Source: Planctomycetota bacterium
Lineage (GTDB): Bacteria > Planctomycetota > PLA2 > JAEUHO01
NCBI GenBank assembly: GCA_965222115.1
Contig: CBDCTJ010000003.1
Location: forward strand, 256,001 to 320,000
DNA length: 64,000 nucleotides
Direction: 5' to 3'
Part shown: positions 40,614-50,149 of the stretch, piece after piece
Layout of the letters: each line of letters starts with the position of its first letter
How positions within the stretch are numbered: the first letter of the stretch is position 1
The notes under the pieces: generated by a model
The model's input: the letters and a program-made list of their open reading frames with translations, nothing else
Told to the model about the DNA's origin: nothing
The model's database searches: none
Made by a program: the position numbers and the translations under genes

Positions 40614-41225
40614 ATGGCCTTTGATCTTCCCAAACTTCCCTATGGCTACGACGCGCTTGAGCCCTATATCAACACGCGAACGATGACGCTCCATCACGAC
40701 ATGCACCATGCGGGCTATGTCAAAGGCCTCAACGCCGCGGTGGAGGGTGAAGCCTCGCTCGCGGGCAAGTCGCCGGAAGAACTGCTGGCCATGCTCGACA
40801 AGGTGCCCGAAGCCAAGCGTACGGCCGTGCGCAATAGTGGCGGTGGGCATGTCAATCACACGATGTTTTGGAGCATCATGGGACCCAAGAAGGGCGGGGC
40901 GCCCAGCGGTGACCTCGCCGATGCCATCAACAGCACGTTTGGATCGTTTGACAACTTTAAGGACAAGTTCAATAGTGCGGGCGGCTCGCGATTCGGTAGC
41001 GGGTGGGCTTGGCTCATCATGTCGAAGGCCGGACGCCTCGACATCACGAGCACGCCGAATCAAGACAACCCCATGAGTGACGGACACAAGGTCATTATGG
41101 GCAACGACGTGTGGGAACATGCCTACTACCTCACCTATGAGAACCGGCGCGCCGAGTACCTCAAGAACTGGTGGAATGTCGTCAATTGGGACGAGGTGGC
41201 CAAGCGCTTCGCCGCCGCCAAGTAG
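40614..41225 (+). CDS. sodA: Superoxide dismutase, Mn-type signature
   Basis: [48 protein letters not shown]. Confidence 0.95.
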   Translation: MAFDLPKLPYGYDALEPYINTRTMTLHHDMHHAGYVKGLNAAVEGEASLAGKSPEELLAMLDKVPEAKRTAVRNSGGGHVNHTMFWSIMGPKKGGAPSGDLADAINSTFGSFDNFKDKFNSAGGSRFGSGWAWLIMSKAGRLDITSTPNQDNPMSDGHKVIMGNDVWEHAYYLTYENRRAEYLKNWWNVVNWDEVAKRFAAAK

Positions 41226-41264
41226 GTAAGGACACTGGAAAACGCAAGACGAGAAGCAAACTTC

Positions 41265-41294
41265 GAAGCGCGATTCACAGGTGAATCGCGCCTC
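41265..41294 (+). terminator. GC-rich hairpin after sodA (no U-tract; terminator or mRNA stability element)
   Basis: GCGCGATTCAC-AG-GTGAATCGCGC inverted repeat. Confidence 0.45.
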
Positions 41295-41315
41295 GGTGCA
41301 TAGGGATGGATGACG

Positions 41316-41672
41316 ATGCCGCGCAACGACGTCACGTTTTATTGGAATGGCACCTGAAGCAGTTGCCGCGATCCACGAGGTCTCGTGAAATCCCTTTCGC
41401 CCAACGTCAAAGAGCGCAACTACCGCAAGGAACCCTTTACCAAGGCCGAGCTCACGGCACTTGTGAATGCCGTCGAAGACCTTTCAACGATTCTGAACAC
41501 CCGCCACGCGGTGGCGAAAAAGAAGGGCTGGGACAAAAAGCCCCCCTCCAAAGCAACATTCGTCATCGCCGCGCTAGAAGAGCCCAACCTCCTCAAGCGC
41601 CCCATCGTCCGCCGTGGCGGCAAGGCCATCTACAGTCGCAAAGAAGACGAGATTCGTGCGTTTCTAAAGTAG
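41316..41672 (+). CDS. ArsC/Spx-family redox protein, probable selenoprotein (UxxC; TGA at 41355-41357)
   Basis: Read-through gives MPRNDVTFYWNGT-U-SSCRDPRGLVKSL...ERNYRKEPFTKAEL...EEPNLLKRPIV; a SECIS-like hairpin follows the TGA. Confidence 0.85.
41370..41392 (+). promoter_or_regulatory. Bacterial SECIS-like hairpin
   Basis: GATC-CACG-AGGTCT-CGTG-AAATC; the apical AGGUCU matches the E. coli fdhF SECIS loop and starts 20 nt after the TGA. Confidence 0.75.
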
Positions 41673-41710
41673 GAGCTACCGGGCTTCGGGCATTGAATCG
41701 AAGCTGTGGT

Positions 41711-42583
41711 TCAGCCCAAGAGCTTTAGCGCACGCGACATACCCATTTCGAACGCCGTGAGCGGTGCGTCACCCGTGGACCACGTCATGTAGGACACGCG
41801 CGCGAATGTGCCGGCGGGCGCGCCCTTTCGCTGCGGCGCAGTCGCATCCTGGGGCAGGGCTTCATGCGCGGTGAATTCCAACACGGCGTTTCGCTCGGCA
41901 AGATGCAATGAAATGCCGCAATCGTTGGCTGCCAATACGTCGCCACGCAGCGTCGCGCCATTGCGCAAGCGCAGGTCGAGGACCGAACCGGCGTCCCCCA
42001 CTTCGCCTCGCTCTGTTAGCCACGTAGACAAACCATGCTCGGTACGGAAGCGTTTGACGAGTTCTTCTTTGCTATGCGCGGTGGGTTCGATCATCGAAAA
42101 CCCCTCACGCTTCATGCCCCATTGATTCTCCGTATAGACCCGCAGGCGTTCGAGGGCCAACTGCCATGCACCCGCTGTAGCGCGCACACGCGCCTCGGTG
42201 TGTTCGTCCTCCGCGAATCCACTGTTGGCAATGCTCACGCGACACGCTTGATCATCGCCGTCGATGCGAACTTCGAGGCGCAGCCCGACTTCATCGGAGA
42301 GACCGCGCGGCGCGTGTCGTTCCGTGCCTTCAGGCAGGCGGATATGGGTGCAGTCAAAGAGCATGCGTCGCTCGTGCGTTGCTGCCCGAACGGTTTGTGT
42401 CACGCTGGCTGCCGGACGCCACCACTCCCACTCGACGCGCGCGTCTTCTACAACGCGTCCACGCACTTCGGCTGCCAACCACCCGCTGGCATGATCGGGC
42501 TCGCTCCACGCTCGCCACGCGCGCTCGCGCGCGCAAGCGAGATCGATGTGACACAGCACGGTCCGACCCTCTCGGGGACTCAT
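41711..42583 (-). CDS. Tandem SRPBCC/AHSA1-domain protein
   Basis: RAWRAWSEP....WL, V.I.NSGF......GAW..L..L; a second degenerate domain follows. Confidence 0.7.
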   Translation of the reverse strand: MSPREGRTVLCHIDLACARERAWRAWSEPDHASGWLAAEVRGRVVEDARVEWEWWRPAASVTQTVRAATHERRMLFDCTHIRLPEGTERHAPRGLSDEVGLRLEVRIDGDDQACRVSIANSGFAEDEHTEARVRATAGAWQLALERLRVYTENQWGMKREGFSMIEPTAHSKEELVKRFRTEHGLSTWLTERGEVGDAGSVLDLRLRNGATLRGDVLAANDCGISLHLAERNAVLEFTAHEALPQDATAPQRKGAPAGTFARVSYMTWSTGDAPLTAFEMGMSRALKLLG

Positions 42584-42673
42584 ACGACAGGCTCCAAACG
42601 AACACGTCTTTGAAGACCCTTACGGGCCTGCCGGGCCACTATGACGCACAAACGGCGCTAGAGCAAGAAACCC

Positions 42674-43135
42674 CTACGACGGATCGGCGACGGACGTCCC
42701 GTGCTCAACAAAGGCCTTGAAGTTGTTCATAAACTTCAAGTTTTGCTTGCGAAACATGCCGGGGAACAGAGTTCCCATGATCTTCAGCATGCAACCGTCC
42801 ATGTCATAGTCGCATGTGCTCTCCCAGCGGGTGCGCGTGGGACTCAGTTCGATGAATCGATTGTCGAGCGTATTGGATCCCCCACCCCAGGTGTATCGGC
42901 CATTAGATTCATCGGGCAGTGCCCGCTTGGTAATGACCTCGGTAAGTTTCATGGTGCGCTTACCGATCTTGTAGGTGATCACCGACTCGGAACCCACGGT
43001 GCCCGGTTCGCCACGGACATGTTCAATGGACATGAATCCGTTTTGCCAATGCTTCAAATTCGCCGGGTTGTCGAGGAGTTCAATTACCCGCTCGCGAGGC
43101 GCCTCAATATCAACAGATACGGTGTAGGGTTTCAT
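42674..43135 (-). CDS. SRPBCC (START-like) protein
   Basis: YTVSVDIEAPRERV..L.DNP.NL.HWQ ... FK.FVE. Confidence 0.85.
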   Translation of the reverse strand: MKPYTVSVDIEAPRERVIELLDNPANLKHWQNGFMSIEHVRGEPGTVGSESVITYKIGKRTMKLTEVITKRALPDESNGRYTWGGGSNTLDNRFIELSPTRTRWESTCDYDMDGCMLKIMGTLFPGMFRKQNLKFMNNFKAFVEHGTSVADPS

Positions 43136-43219
43136 CACCCCAGTGTCGGCGCCAACCAGGTTCCCTGTCAAGGGCAGTCGAGCGACGTGTAGGCTATTTT
43201 CGACTCAGAGGAGTTCGAC

Positions 43220-45673
43220 ATGGAAGACGACCTCGGACGCCGCAGCATCGTTGACTGGGCCGCGCGCGACATGCCAACAGCCGCGGAGCAAGCGCCGGGG
43301 TCCTTTGAACCGGCGCGCCAGAAATTTCGCGTTGAAATGCCGATCGGCCGCGGTGGCATGGGCGAAGTGTATCTCGTTACGGATGAGGATCTCAAACGCC
43401 AAGTGGCCATGAAGGTCATGTTGGACAAGGTTGCCAAGGATCGCGAACACCGACTGTCATTCGTCGCAGAAGCGCAAGCGACAAGTCAACTCGAACACCC
43501 CGGCATCCCCCCGGTCCACGACATTGGATTGACACCGGAGGGACGCCTCTACTTCACCATGAAACTTGTCCAGGGGCGCACGCTGGCGGAGGTCTTGCGT
43601 GACATTGCACTTCGTCGCCGGGACGTTCAACGCGAGTTTACGTTGCACAAACTGATTAGCATTGTCGAGCGGATATGCGAGACGCTTCAGTTTGCCCACG
43701 AGCGAGGCGTCATTCATCGCGACCTCAAGCCCGAGAACATTATGTTGGGTGACTACGGTGAGGTCCACGTCATGGACTGGGGATTGGCGCGCGTTCACAT
43801 GCCAAGTGACTTGGACGTTGAGGACGCCGACATTGTTGAAACCGCACGAACGGCACTGGGACGCGAAACCGGTAGTGGTGTGGCCAAGGGCACACCGGCC
43901 TACATGAGTCCCGAGCAGATCCGTGGGCGCGTAGACGAAGTGGACGCGCGCAGCGATGTCTACGCCCTTGGTTGTTTGCTCTACGAGGTGCTCACGCTTC
44001 ACGCCGCGTTTGATACGCGCATGGAGGGGTTCGCGAAGAAGAAGCTCGACGGCGAGACCGTGGATGTGACGAAGCGCAATCCGCGGCGCGCGGTGCCGCA
44101 CCCGCTCGCCGACGCGTGCCGGAGGGCCATGGCGGTAACGCCCACCGATCGATACGCATCAGCGCGCGACTTGGGATCGACTCTGCGCACATGGCTCGAC
44201 GGACGTGGCGAGCGCGCACGACGCCACGTGGAAGCCGAACGTCTTGCGGAACAGGGTCGAACCGCCCTTGCCGACGTGGAGAAACAGAAGGAAGAACTCG
44301 TTCGAGCAGAGATCGCGGCGGAGAAGGCGGAGGCCAACATCAAGGCGTGGCAGCCCGTGGAGGAAAAGCGCGATCTGCTCGATGCGCGCCGACGCGTCAA
44401 AGAAGCCAAACGCGATATCGCGCTTGCCTTTGCCGAGGCCACGCACCTGTTGGGAGCGGCGCTCACGCAGGAATCCGACAACGCTGCTGCGCGGCAGACC
44501 CTTGCACGACTTTGGAAGTCAGAGTTGATCGATGCGGAAGCGATGCAGCACGAGGCCAACGCAGCCAAAGCGCTTGCCATGATTGAGCGTTACGACGACG
44601 GACAACTTGGCGCCTTCGTCAAGGGCGATGGCGCGCTCTTCCTGGCATCCGAGCCGTTGGGGGCCCACGTCACACTGGTGTCGTACCGCGACCAAGACGG
44701 TGTGCTGGTGGAGCATGACACACGCTCGCTTGGGCCCACGCCCATCATGGACGTATCACTTCCCATGGGCACGTACCTCTGCATTTTGTCGATGAACGGC
44801 TATGCAGAACTTCGCTATCCCGTGTGCATCGCACGACAACAGACATGGCAAGGCAGTGTCACCATGCGCCGACCCGACGACATTGAGCCCGGATGTGTTC
44901 ATGTTCCGGGCGGTCCATTTCGCGCGGGGGTGGGACGCGACGCCTCCATCGTCACGACCGAAGATTTCGTCATTCAGACGCACCCGGTCACGTTTGGCGA
45001 ATACGCAACGTTCCTAGCCGCCATCGAAAAGGAGCAGGGCAAGGACGTTGCCAATCAACACGTTCCGAGAACCGAAACCAGCGACGGCAACTATCTCATT
45101 CGCCGAGACGACGGCACCTACGTCCCAAGCAAAACCATCGTGGAAGGCGACGCCTACGACGCCATGCTGGCGGCGCACGGCCCGGGATTTGAGTCCAATA
45201 TCGCCGTGCACGGCGTGAGCTACAACGACGCCCTTGCGTACTGCGCGTGGAAACGGAAGACACAAAAGCGAGCGTGGCGGCTGCCTACGGAATACGAGTG
45301 GGAGAAAGCCGCTCGCGGTGTGGATGGCCGCGAATTTCCGTGGGGCGACCTGTGTGATGCAAGCCTGGGCAAGAATCGAGAATCGCGCCCCTACGCGCCC
45401 CAACCTGAGCCCGTAGGCGCATTTCCATCTGCTGTCTCAATCTATGGCATGCGCGATGCAGGCGGAACCATTTGGAACTGGACCGACAGTTGGTTCACGA
45501 GCCGGAAGGCATTACGGGTACTGCGTGGCGGCTCGTGGGGCATTCCCGCCCGCCTCATGCGCTGTACATTTCGCAACTCGTTTCATCCTGATGCACGCGA
45601 TTCGCTCAATGGGTTCCGGTGTGTCTATTCACTGGCACAAGACGCAGCCGAATCTCCGCCTGACCATTCGTAG
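43220..45673 (+). CDS. Ser/Thr protein kinase fused to a helical linker and an FGE/SUMF1-like domain
   Basis: GRGGMGEV, VAMK, HRDLKPEN, DWGLA, GTPAYMSPEQ; RLPTEYEWEKAARG, RGGSW, GFRC. Confidence 0.92.
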   Translation: MEDDLGRRSIVDWAARDMPTAAEQAPGSFEPARQKFRVEMPIGRGGMGEVYLVTDEDLKRQVAMKVMLDKVAKDREHRLSFVAEAQATSQLEHPGIPPVHDIGLTPEGRLYFTMKLVQGRTLAEVLRDIALRRRDVQREFTLHKLISIVERICETLQFAHERGVIHRDLKPENIMLGDYGEVHVMDWGLARVHMPSDLDVEDADIVETARTALGRETGSGVAKGTPAYMSPEQIRGRVDEVDARSDVYALGCLLYEVLTLHAAFDTRMEGFAKKKLDGETVDVTKRNPRRAVPHPLADACRRAMAVTPTDRYASARDLGSTLRTWLDGRGERARRHVEAERLAEQGRTALADVEKQKEELVRAEIAAEKAEANIKAWQPVEEKRDLLDARRRVKEAKRDIALAFAEATHLLGAALTQESDNAAARQTLARLWKSELIDAEAMQHEANAAKALAMIERYDDGQLGAFVKGDGALFLASEPLGAHVTLVSYRDQDGVLVEHDTRSLGPTPIMDVSLPMGTYLCILSMNGYAELRYPVCIARQQTWQGSVTMRRPDDIEPGCVHVPGGPFRAGVGRDASIVTTEDFVIQTHPVTFGEYATFLAAIEKEQGKDVANQHVPRTETSDGNYLIRRDDGTYVPSKTIVEGDAYDAMLAAHGPGFESNIAVHGVSYNDALAYCAWKRKTQKRAWRLPTEYEWEKAARGVDGREFPWGDLCDASLGKNRESRPYAPQPEPVGAFPSAVSIYGMRDAGGTIWNWTDSWFTSRKALRVLRGGSWGIPARLMRCTFRNSFHPDARDSLNGFRCVYSLAQDAAESPPDHS

Positions 45674-46101
45674 AGAACATCCGGTTCCGATTCCGGAGGT
45701 GGGCTCACGCCGTACGACGTCGCGACAAAGCCCTGCCGGTCGTAGAACGCACAGGCGCCGACGTTCTTTTGATGCGTGTGAAGCCTCAATCGATCTGGAT
45801 GGCGTTGCTTGGCAAACGCGATCAGAAGCGTCCCAATACCTTCTCGCTGATGTGCGACGTCCACATACAGCCGATCGATGTAGCCATTCTTCATTGCCAA
45901 GTAGCCACGAATCCTCTTATCAATCTCGGCGACAAAGACGTCGTTGTTCTTCATGATCACACGTGTGAAGTAGGCGCGATCTTCTTCCTCTGTATGAGGA
46001 ACCAAGAACGTGTAGGTGGCAAGCGAGACTCGTCGCCAAAGCGAGAACACAGCGTCGATATCGGATGCGCGCATGGCGCGAATGGTCGTCGTCTCATGCA
46101 T
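45625..46101 (-). CDS. GNAT family N-acetyltransferase
   Basis: LYVD..HQREGIG..L, N..A..FY.RQGF. Confidence 0.88.
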   Translation of the reverse strand: MHETTTIRAMRASDIDAVFSLWRRVSLATYTFLVPHTEEEDRAYFTRVIMKNNDVFVAEIDKRIRGYLAMKNGYIDRLYVDVAHQREGIGTLLIAFAKQRHPDRLRLHTHQKNVGACAFYDRQGFVATSYGVSPPPESEPDVLYEWSGGDSAASCASE

Positions 46102-46104
46102 GCA

Positions 46105-48159
46105 CTACAACGCAGACAGCGTGTGGGGAATGATCGCGGCCCACGTGCCCGACGCGCGTACGGTCGTGGTCACCTGCTCGTGGCTCCCGTCATTCCCTTC
46201 GTCCACCAGCACTTGGTGAATTTGACCGTAGACGTCGAGCGTCGTCGTCGTTGATTTGTCGGCAACTTGGTCGTCATTGTTGTCTTCGAAAATGATCAAT
46301 CCACCGGTCGGGTGTGTCTGGAACCACCACGCGGTGACTGTTTCGGGCGTGCCATCTCCGTTGGTGTCAACTTCGGTTCGCGTTCGCCGACCCACGCCGT
46401 CGTACTCGTGGCGGATCGTACTGTCGGGCACGTCGTCGCCGTCGATGTCATTCAACTCGGCTGTGACGCGACCAGTGTCGTCATGTTCGTACTTCGTCGA
46501 TTCGTCAAAGGTGCCGTCGTCATCATGGTCTTCGAGCAATTCCACGAGACGGTTGTCTTCGTCGTATTCCCAGCGCGTGCTCATGATGCCGTCGTCGTCG
46601 GCGTCATGCTCGCGCGTCACGCCGCCCAGCGCATGGATCGTTGAACGAAAGTCAATCGTGCCATCGCCGTCGTAGTCCGATTCATTGACCACGCCTCCAG
46701 CCGGTGGGTAGCCCCAGGTCGTCACGGAATCGATGATGCCATCGCGGTTGGCATCGCTCTCAAAGATGATCGCTCGCCCCATGGGGTCGTAGGCGGTCTG
46801 GAACTGTGAGTCACGAACGCCATCACCGGTGGTGTCGTATTCGGTGACAAGGCTCATGAGCTGCGAACCGTTGTAGTTCCACATTTGCAATTCATCGATC
46901 ACGCCATCTTCGCCTCGATCGATCTCAACGGTCAGCGGTCGGTCCTGGGCATCGAAGGTGCGCATCGTAACGTCGTCGGGCGTAGCGGGATTGTCGTCGG
47001 CGTCGTATCGGCGCAGGACTTCGCGACCTTGATCGTCATACTGAATGGTTGTGACCGCGTCGAGGCCATCATCGTTGGGATCGTTACGGGCGATGGACTG
47101 GGTCACGTTGCCCATCGCATCATACGTCGTAAACAACTCGTACTCGGGATTGCCACTGTCATTCGTGTCAAAAGACGTCGACGTGCGGTTTCCGAAGGCG
47201 TCGTAGGTATATGTCCGTCGAACATTGGGACGCGCCGATCCGCTGTAGTCCCGATACTCTTCAAGTAGATTGCCGTTCGGATCGTACGTATTGGTTTCCA
47301 GCGCCAACTGCATGCCCATACCATCGAGACGCTCACGCGTGAGCACGGCGCCCTCACTGTTGTGTGTGTGAATCATCGACTCGTCAATGCCGGGGCCAGC
47401 AATCGTGTCGTGGTCGGATTGGCTGAAATAACCAAAGGGACCGTCGTGGGCCCATGTCTCCTGTCGTTCAAGCGGCGGCGTGCCATCCGAGTCGGTGCTG
47501 GTTTCCGCCGTGCGATAGAAATTGTGCACGACGCCGAGCGCAGCATATTGCCGCTCCAATACGACAGCAGCAAACGGAATCGGCCTTCCTGCGCCACCCC
47601 ATACGCCCGCCGCGAGTGCATCTCGCCGCATGGTGAGCAGTTTCAAGTCGGCTCGAAACGTCTGCCATCGTTGATAGAAGCCAATCTCAACGCCTGCTAG
47701 AACCGCGTGGAGTTCCACAGGAATCTGAATGCCATTTGCGGGATCAGCGTCGCTGTCAATCATCTGGAGGAATGTGGACAGATTTAGAAACTGCGAAAAC
47801 AGAAGCGATCCATTTATTGCGCGTAGCGCATCGTCGTTTGTGATGGGCAAGCCCAGGCTTGGAAAGAGGTCCATGAGCGTCATCGATTGGGCGGCCGGCG
47901 CGGTTCCTAACAGCGTATCGCCCACGTAAAACGAAATGTCTTCGCCGGCCTCATAGGCAAACTGCCCGGATGCATCCGTCATGCCATTCACGGTGCCGCT
48001 CTCAAAGCGCAGCCCCTCAATAGACATATCGGAGAACACGCCAGTCATCGACGTCCCACCGCTTCCCCCACCGCCCCCGCCACAACTCGCGAGCAATGAC
48101 AATGAGCTCATGACGAGCACCCACGCGCACCGAGCGCTCACGTTCCAATATCGAGACAT
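46105..48159 (-). CDS. Lipoprotein with YD/DxDxDG repeats (paralog 1)
   Basis: LASC lipobox plus poly-Gly; G.TD..G.F.YE.GE domain; D.D.DP.NGIQIP; YD..G repeats. Confidence 0.8.
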   Translation of the reverse strand: MSRYWNVSARCAWVLVMSSLSLLASCGGGGGGSGGTSMTGVFSDMSIEGLRFESGTVNGMTDASGQFAYEAGEDISFYVGDTLLGTAPAAQSMTLMDLFPSLGLPITNDDALRAINGSLLFSQFLNLSTFLQMIDSDADPANGIQIPVELHAVLAGVEIGFYQRWQTFRADLKLLTMRRDALAAGVWGGAGRPIPFAAVVLERQYAALGVVHNFYRTAETSTDSDGTPPLERQETWAHDGPFGYFSQSDHDTIAGPGIDESMIHTHNSEGAVLTRERLDGMGMQLALETNTYDPNGNLLEEYRDYSGSARPNVRRTYTYDAFGNRTSTSFDTNDSGNPEYELFTTYDAMGNVTQSIARNDPNDDGLDAVTTIQYDDQGREVLRRYDADDNPATPDDVTMRTFDAQDRPLTVEIDRGEDGVIDELQMWNYNGSQLMSLVTEYDTTGDGVRDSQFQTAYDPMGRAIIFESDANRDGIIDSVTTWGYPPAGGVVNESDYDGDGTIDFRSTIHALGGVTREHDADDDGIMSTRWEYDEDNRLVELLEDHDDDGTFDESTKYEHDDTGRVTAELNDIDGDDVPDSTIRHEYDGVGRRTRTEVDTNGDGTPETVTAWWFQTHPTGGLIIFEDNNDDQVADKSTTTTLDVYGQIHQVLVDEGNDGSHEQVTTTVRASGTWAAIIPHTLSAL

Positions 48160-48382
48160 TGTCTGAGGACTCCCGCGAGGCGCCGCCCCAGACGCGCTCG
48201 CAACCACTGTATGTGGAGTTCACACGATTGGGGGCGCGGTTGGCGTTGCGATGCCCACATTTCGCGGCGATTTGGTAGATGCGACGATTTGGCATCGATA
48301 CCCAAAATGAAGCACGCGCCCGGCCTGCGCGTGGCTGGCCGAGCGCGTTCGAATTCGATCGTGGAGGCGTTGGGAGACTGCG

Positions 48383-48416
48383 CTAGCCCGGACTATTCAT
48401 GAATATTCCGGGCTAG
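48383..48416. repeat. 34-bp near-perfect palindrome, minimal form of the MITE-like element
   Basis: CTAGCCCGGACTATTCATGAATATTCCGGGCTAG, one mismatched pair. Confidence 0.85.
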
Positions 48417-48502
48417 TTCAGCAGAAACACGCGGACGAAACCGAGCGTGGCCATGAGGAAATTCACGCGGCGCGGAGAGCGGCCAGCCCGTATGGTGCAT
48501 GC

Positions 48503-50143
48503 GTGTTTATCGATCCCTACACCACAGATGTTGGTCGCGTCCTTGTACGAATCATTAGCGAGACAAACGGCGTCACGCTAGGCAACACGCTGGACCTCGC
48601 GTCGAGATCCATGCTCGTTCATGACGCTCCCGACACCCTCGCCGAAATACGGTCATTTCACGAACTTCTCTACGACTACCAGCGCGACCCCCAGGAGATC
48701 GGTTCCCTGCTACGTCATCCCGTGGCGCAAACGCTGGGTGGGATTTTTCGAGCGTTTCCACTGCCGTTCCATGAAGAACATATTCACCTGACCGGCTCAC
48801 TCTCGGCCGACTTTATCTACCCGCGTCTCGCAGAACTCCTCGAGGGTCCTCATGCTGCGGCGTATGAAGAGAAGATTCGCGCAACATACGGAGAGGACGC
48901 GCTACCGATCACATCGGAAGACGATGTCAATCGCTTGCTGCGCCTCACCGACGAGATGGGCTTCACGCAGTACTTGAGAATCCTGACACTTGCCAAGCTC
49001 GTGCTCGTCGATCGCGATGCCCACCGCGCGGCCGCGTACCACATGGCGAGGCGGTTGTATGAGAACTACAACGTGGGTCGTATCCGATTGAAATTTACGT
49101 TTTCGCGCATCACGCGGGCTGGCACCGACACGCTTCCAGGACCCGAAGTCACATCGGAGGACGTGGTGCTGGGTCTCTACGAAGGATTCCAGGCCTACCG
49201 CAATGAGCAGCCGGCATTTGACTTTGTCTTGTCACCCAGCTTTCGGAAAGAGAATGAGTTCTTCGACTCCGATCGCTTTCCTTCGAAACAGGCGTCGTTC
49301 CTTCATCAAGTAGACGAGATCCTCGCGCTCATCGAAAAACATCCCTTCCTGGCCAAAAAAATGACCGACGTCGATACCGTCGGTGACGAGCGTGAGCACT
49401 ACCGCAAGGTCCACTTCGAAGAGATGCGGCTGGGCATGCGTAAGCTTCACGCGCGTGGGTTCTCGGTGCGTTCGCACCACGGCGAAACGTGGAAGTCTCT
49501 GCGGCTTGGCGTGCAGGCGGTGGACAACGCGATGAACATGTGGCATATCGACGCGCTAGAACATGGCGTGAGCTTGGGCGTCAATCCCAACTACTTCTTT
49601 CACATGGTGTTTGAACGCGTCATGGCGAGTAACACAGCGGGGAAGGCGATCGATGCGTCGAGTGCCTCGTACCGTGAGCTCAACGACATGGACTGGCGCG
49701 GCAAGGAGTCGATTCAGCGCAAGTTGCTTGAGGGCCGCCGACTGTCGCCGGATGAAATTCGGTCGTTCATTACGGTAAAGTTTCACACCGCGCGCGAAGT
49801 CGAGCACTACCAACACGACGTACTCAACCGCATGATCAATAAGAAGGTGGCGCTCGTGGCGTTGCCCTCCTCCAATGTCAAGCTGACGCAATTCCTTCCC
49901 ACGTACAAAGATCATCCCTTCTCGTGGTGGGAGAAAAAGGGCGTCGACCTGGGCGTGGGAACCGACAACTACGTGACGCTGAGTACCAACTTTATTCGAG
50001 AACTGCTCATTCTGCTGGCGACGGACGCGGACAATCTAAAGATCACGAAGTTGCTCATGGTGGTTACCGGCGAAACACGACGACCGTACATGAGCCATGC
50101 CCTGTGGAAGATTCGACCCGAGTTTCAGCCGAATCAAGCGTAG
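48503..50143 (+). CDS. Adenosine-deaminase-like amidohydrolase
   Basis: HIHLTGS, HHGE, HGV, PSSN and GTDN motifs in ADA order. Confidence 0.75.
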   Translation: MFIDPYTTDVGRVLVRIISETNGVTLGNTLDLASRSMLVHDAPDTLAEIRSFHELLYDYQRDPQEIGSLLRHPVAQTLGGIFRAFPLPFHEEHIHLTGSLSADFIYPRLAELLEGPHAAAYEEKIRATYGEDALPITSEDDVNRLLRLTDEMGFTQYLRILTLAKLVLVDRDAHRAAAYHMARRLYENYNVGRIRLKFTFSRITRAGTDTLPGPEVTSEDVVLGLYEGFQAYRNEQPAFDFVLSPSFRKENEFFDSDRFPSKQASFLHQVDEILALIEKHPFLAKKMTDVDTVGDEREHYRKVHFEEMRLGMRKLHARGFSVRSHHGETWKSLRLGVQAVDNAMNMWHIDALEHGVSLGVNPNYFFHMVFERVMASNTAGKAIDASSASYRELNDMDWRGKESIQRKLLEGRRLSPDEIRSFITVKFHTAREVEHYQHDVLNRMINKKVALVALPSSNVKLTQFLPTYKDHPFSWWEKKGVDLGVGTDNYVTLSTNFIRELLILLATDADNLKITKLLMVVTGETRRPYMSHALWKIRPEFQPNQA

Positions 50144-50149
50144 AGGTGA

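Noticed and set aside
41385-41672. Truncated 95-aa ORF or pseudogene reading of the ArsC-like gene
   Set aside because: The TGA aligns with the catalytic Cys and is followed by a SECIS-like hairpin, so selenocysteine read-through fits better.
45480-45630. FGE/C-type-lectin-fold C-terminus of the kinase as a diversity-generating retroelement target
   Set aside because: No reverse transcriptase and no second near-identical template repeat were seen in the window.
14465-48416. CRISPR repeats
   Set aside because: The palindromic copies are kilobases apart, with no spacer periodicity and no cas genes.
48503-50143. RADAR anti-phage system
   Set aside because: No RdrA ATPase neighbour, and the protein appears shorter than typical RdrB.
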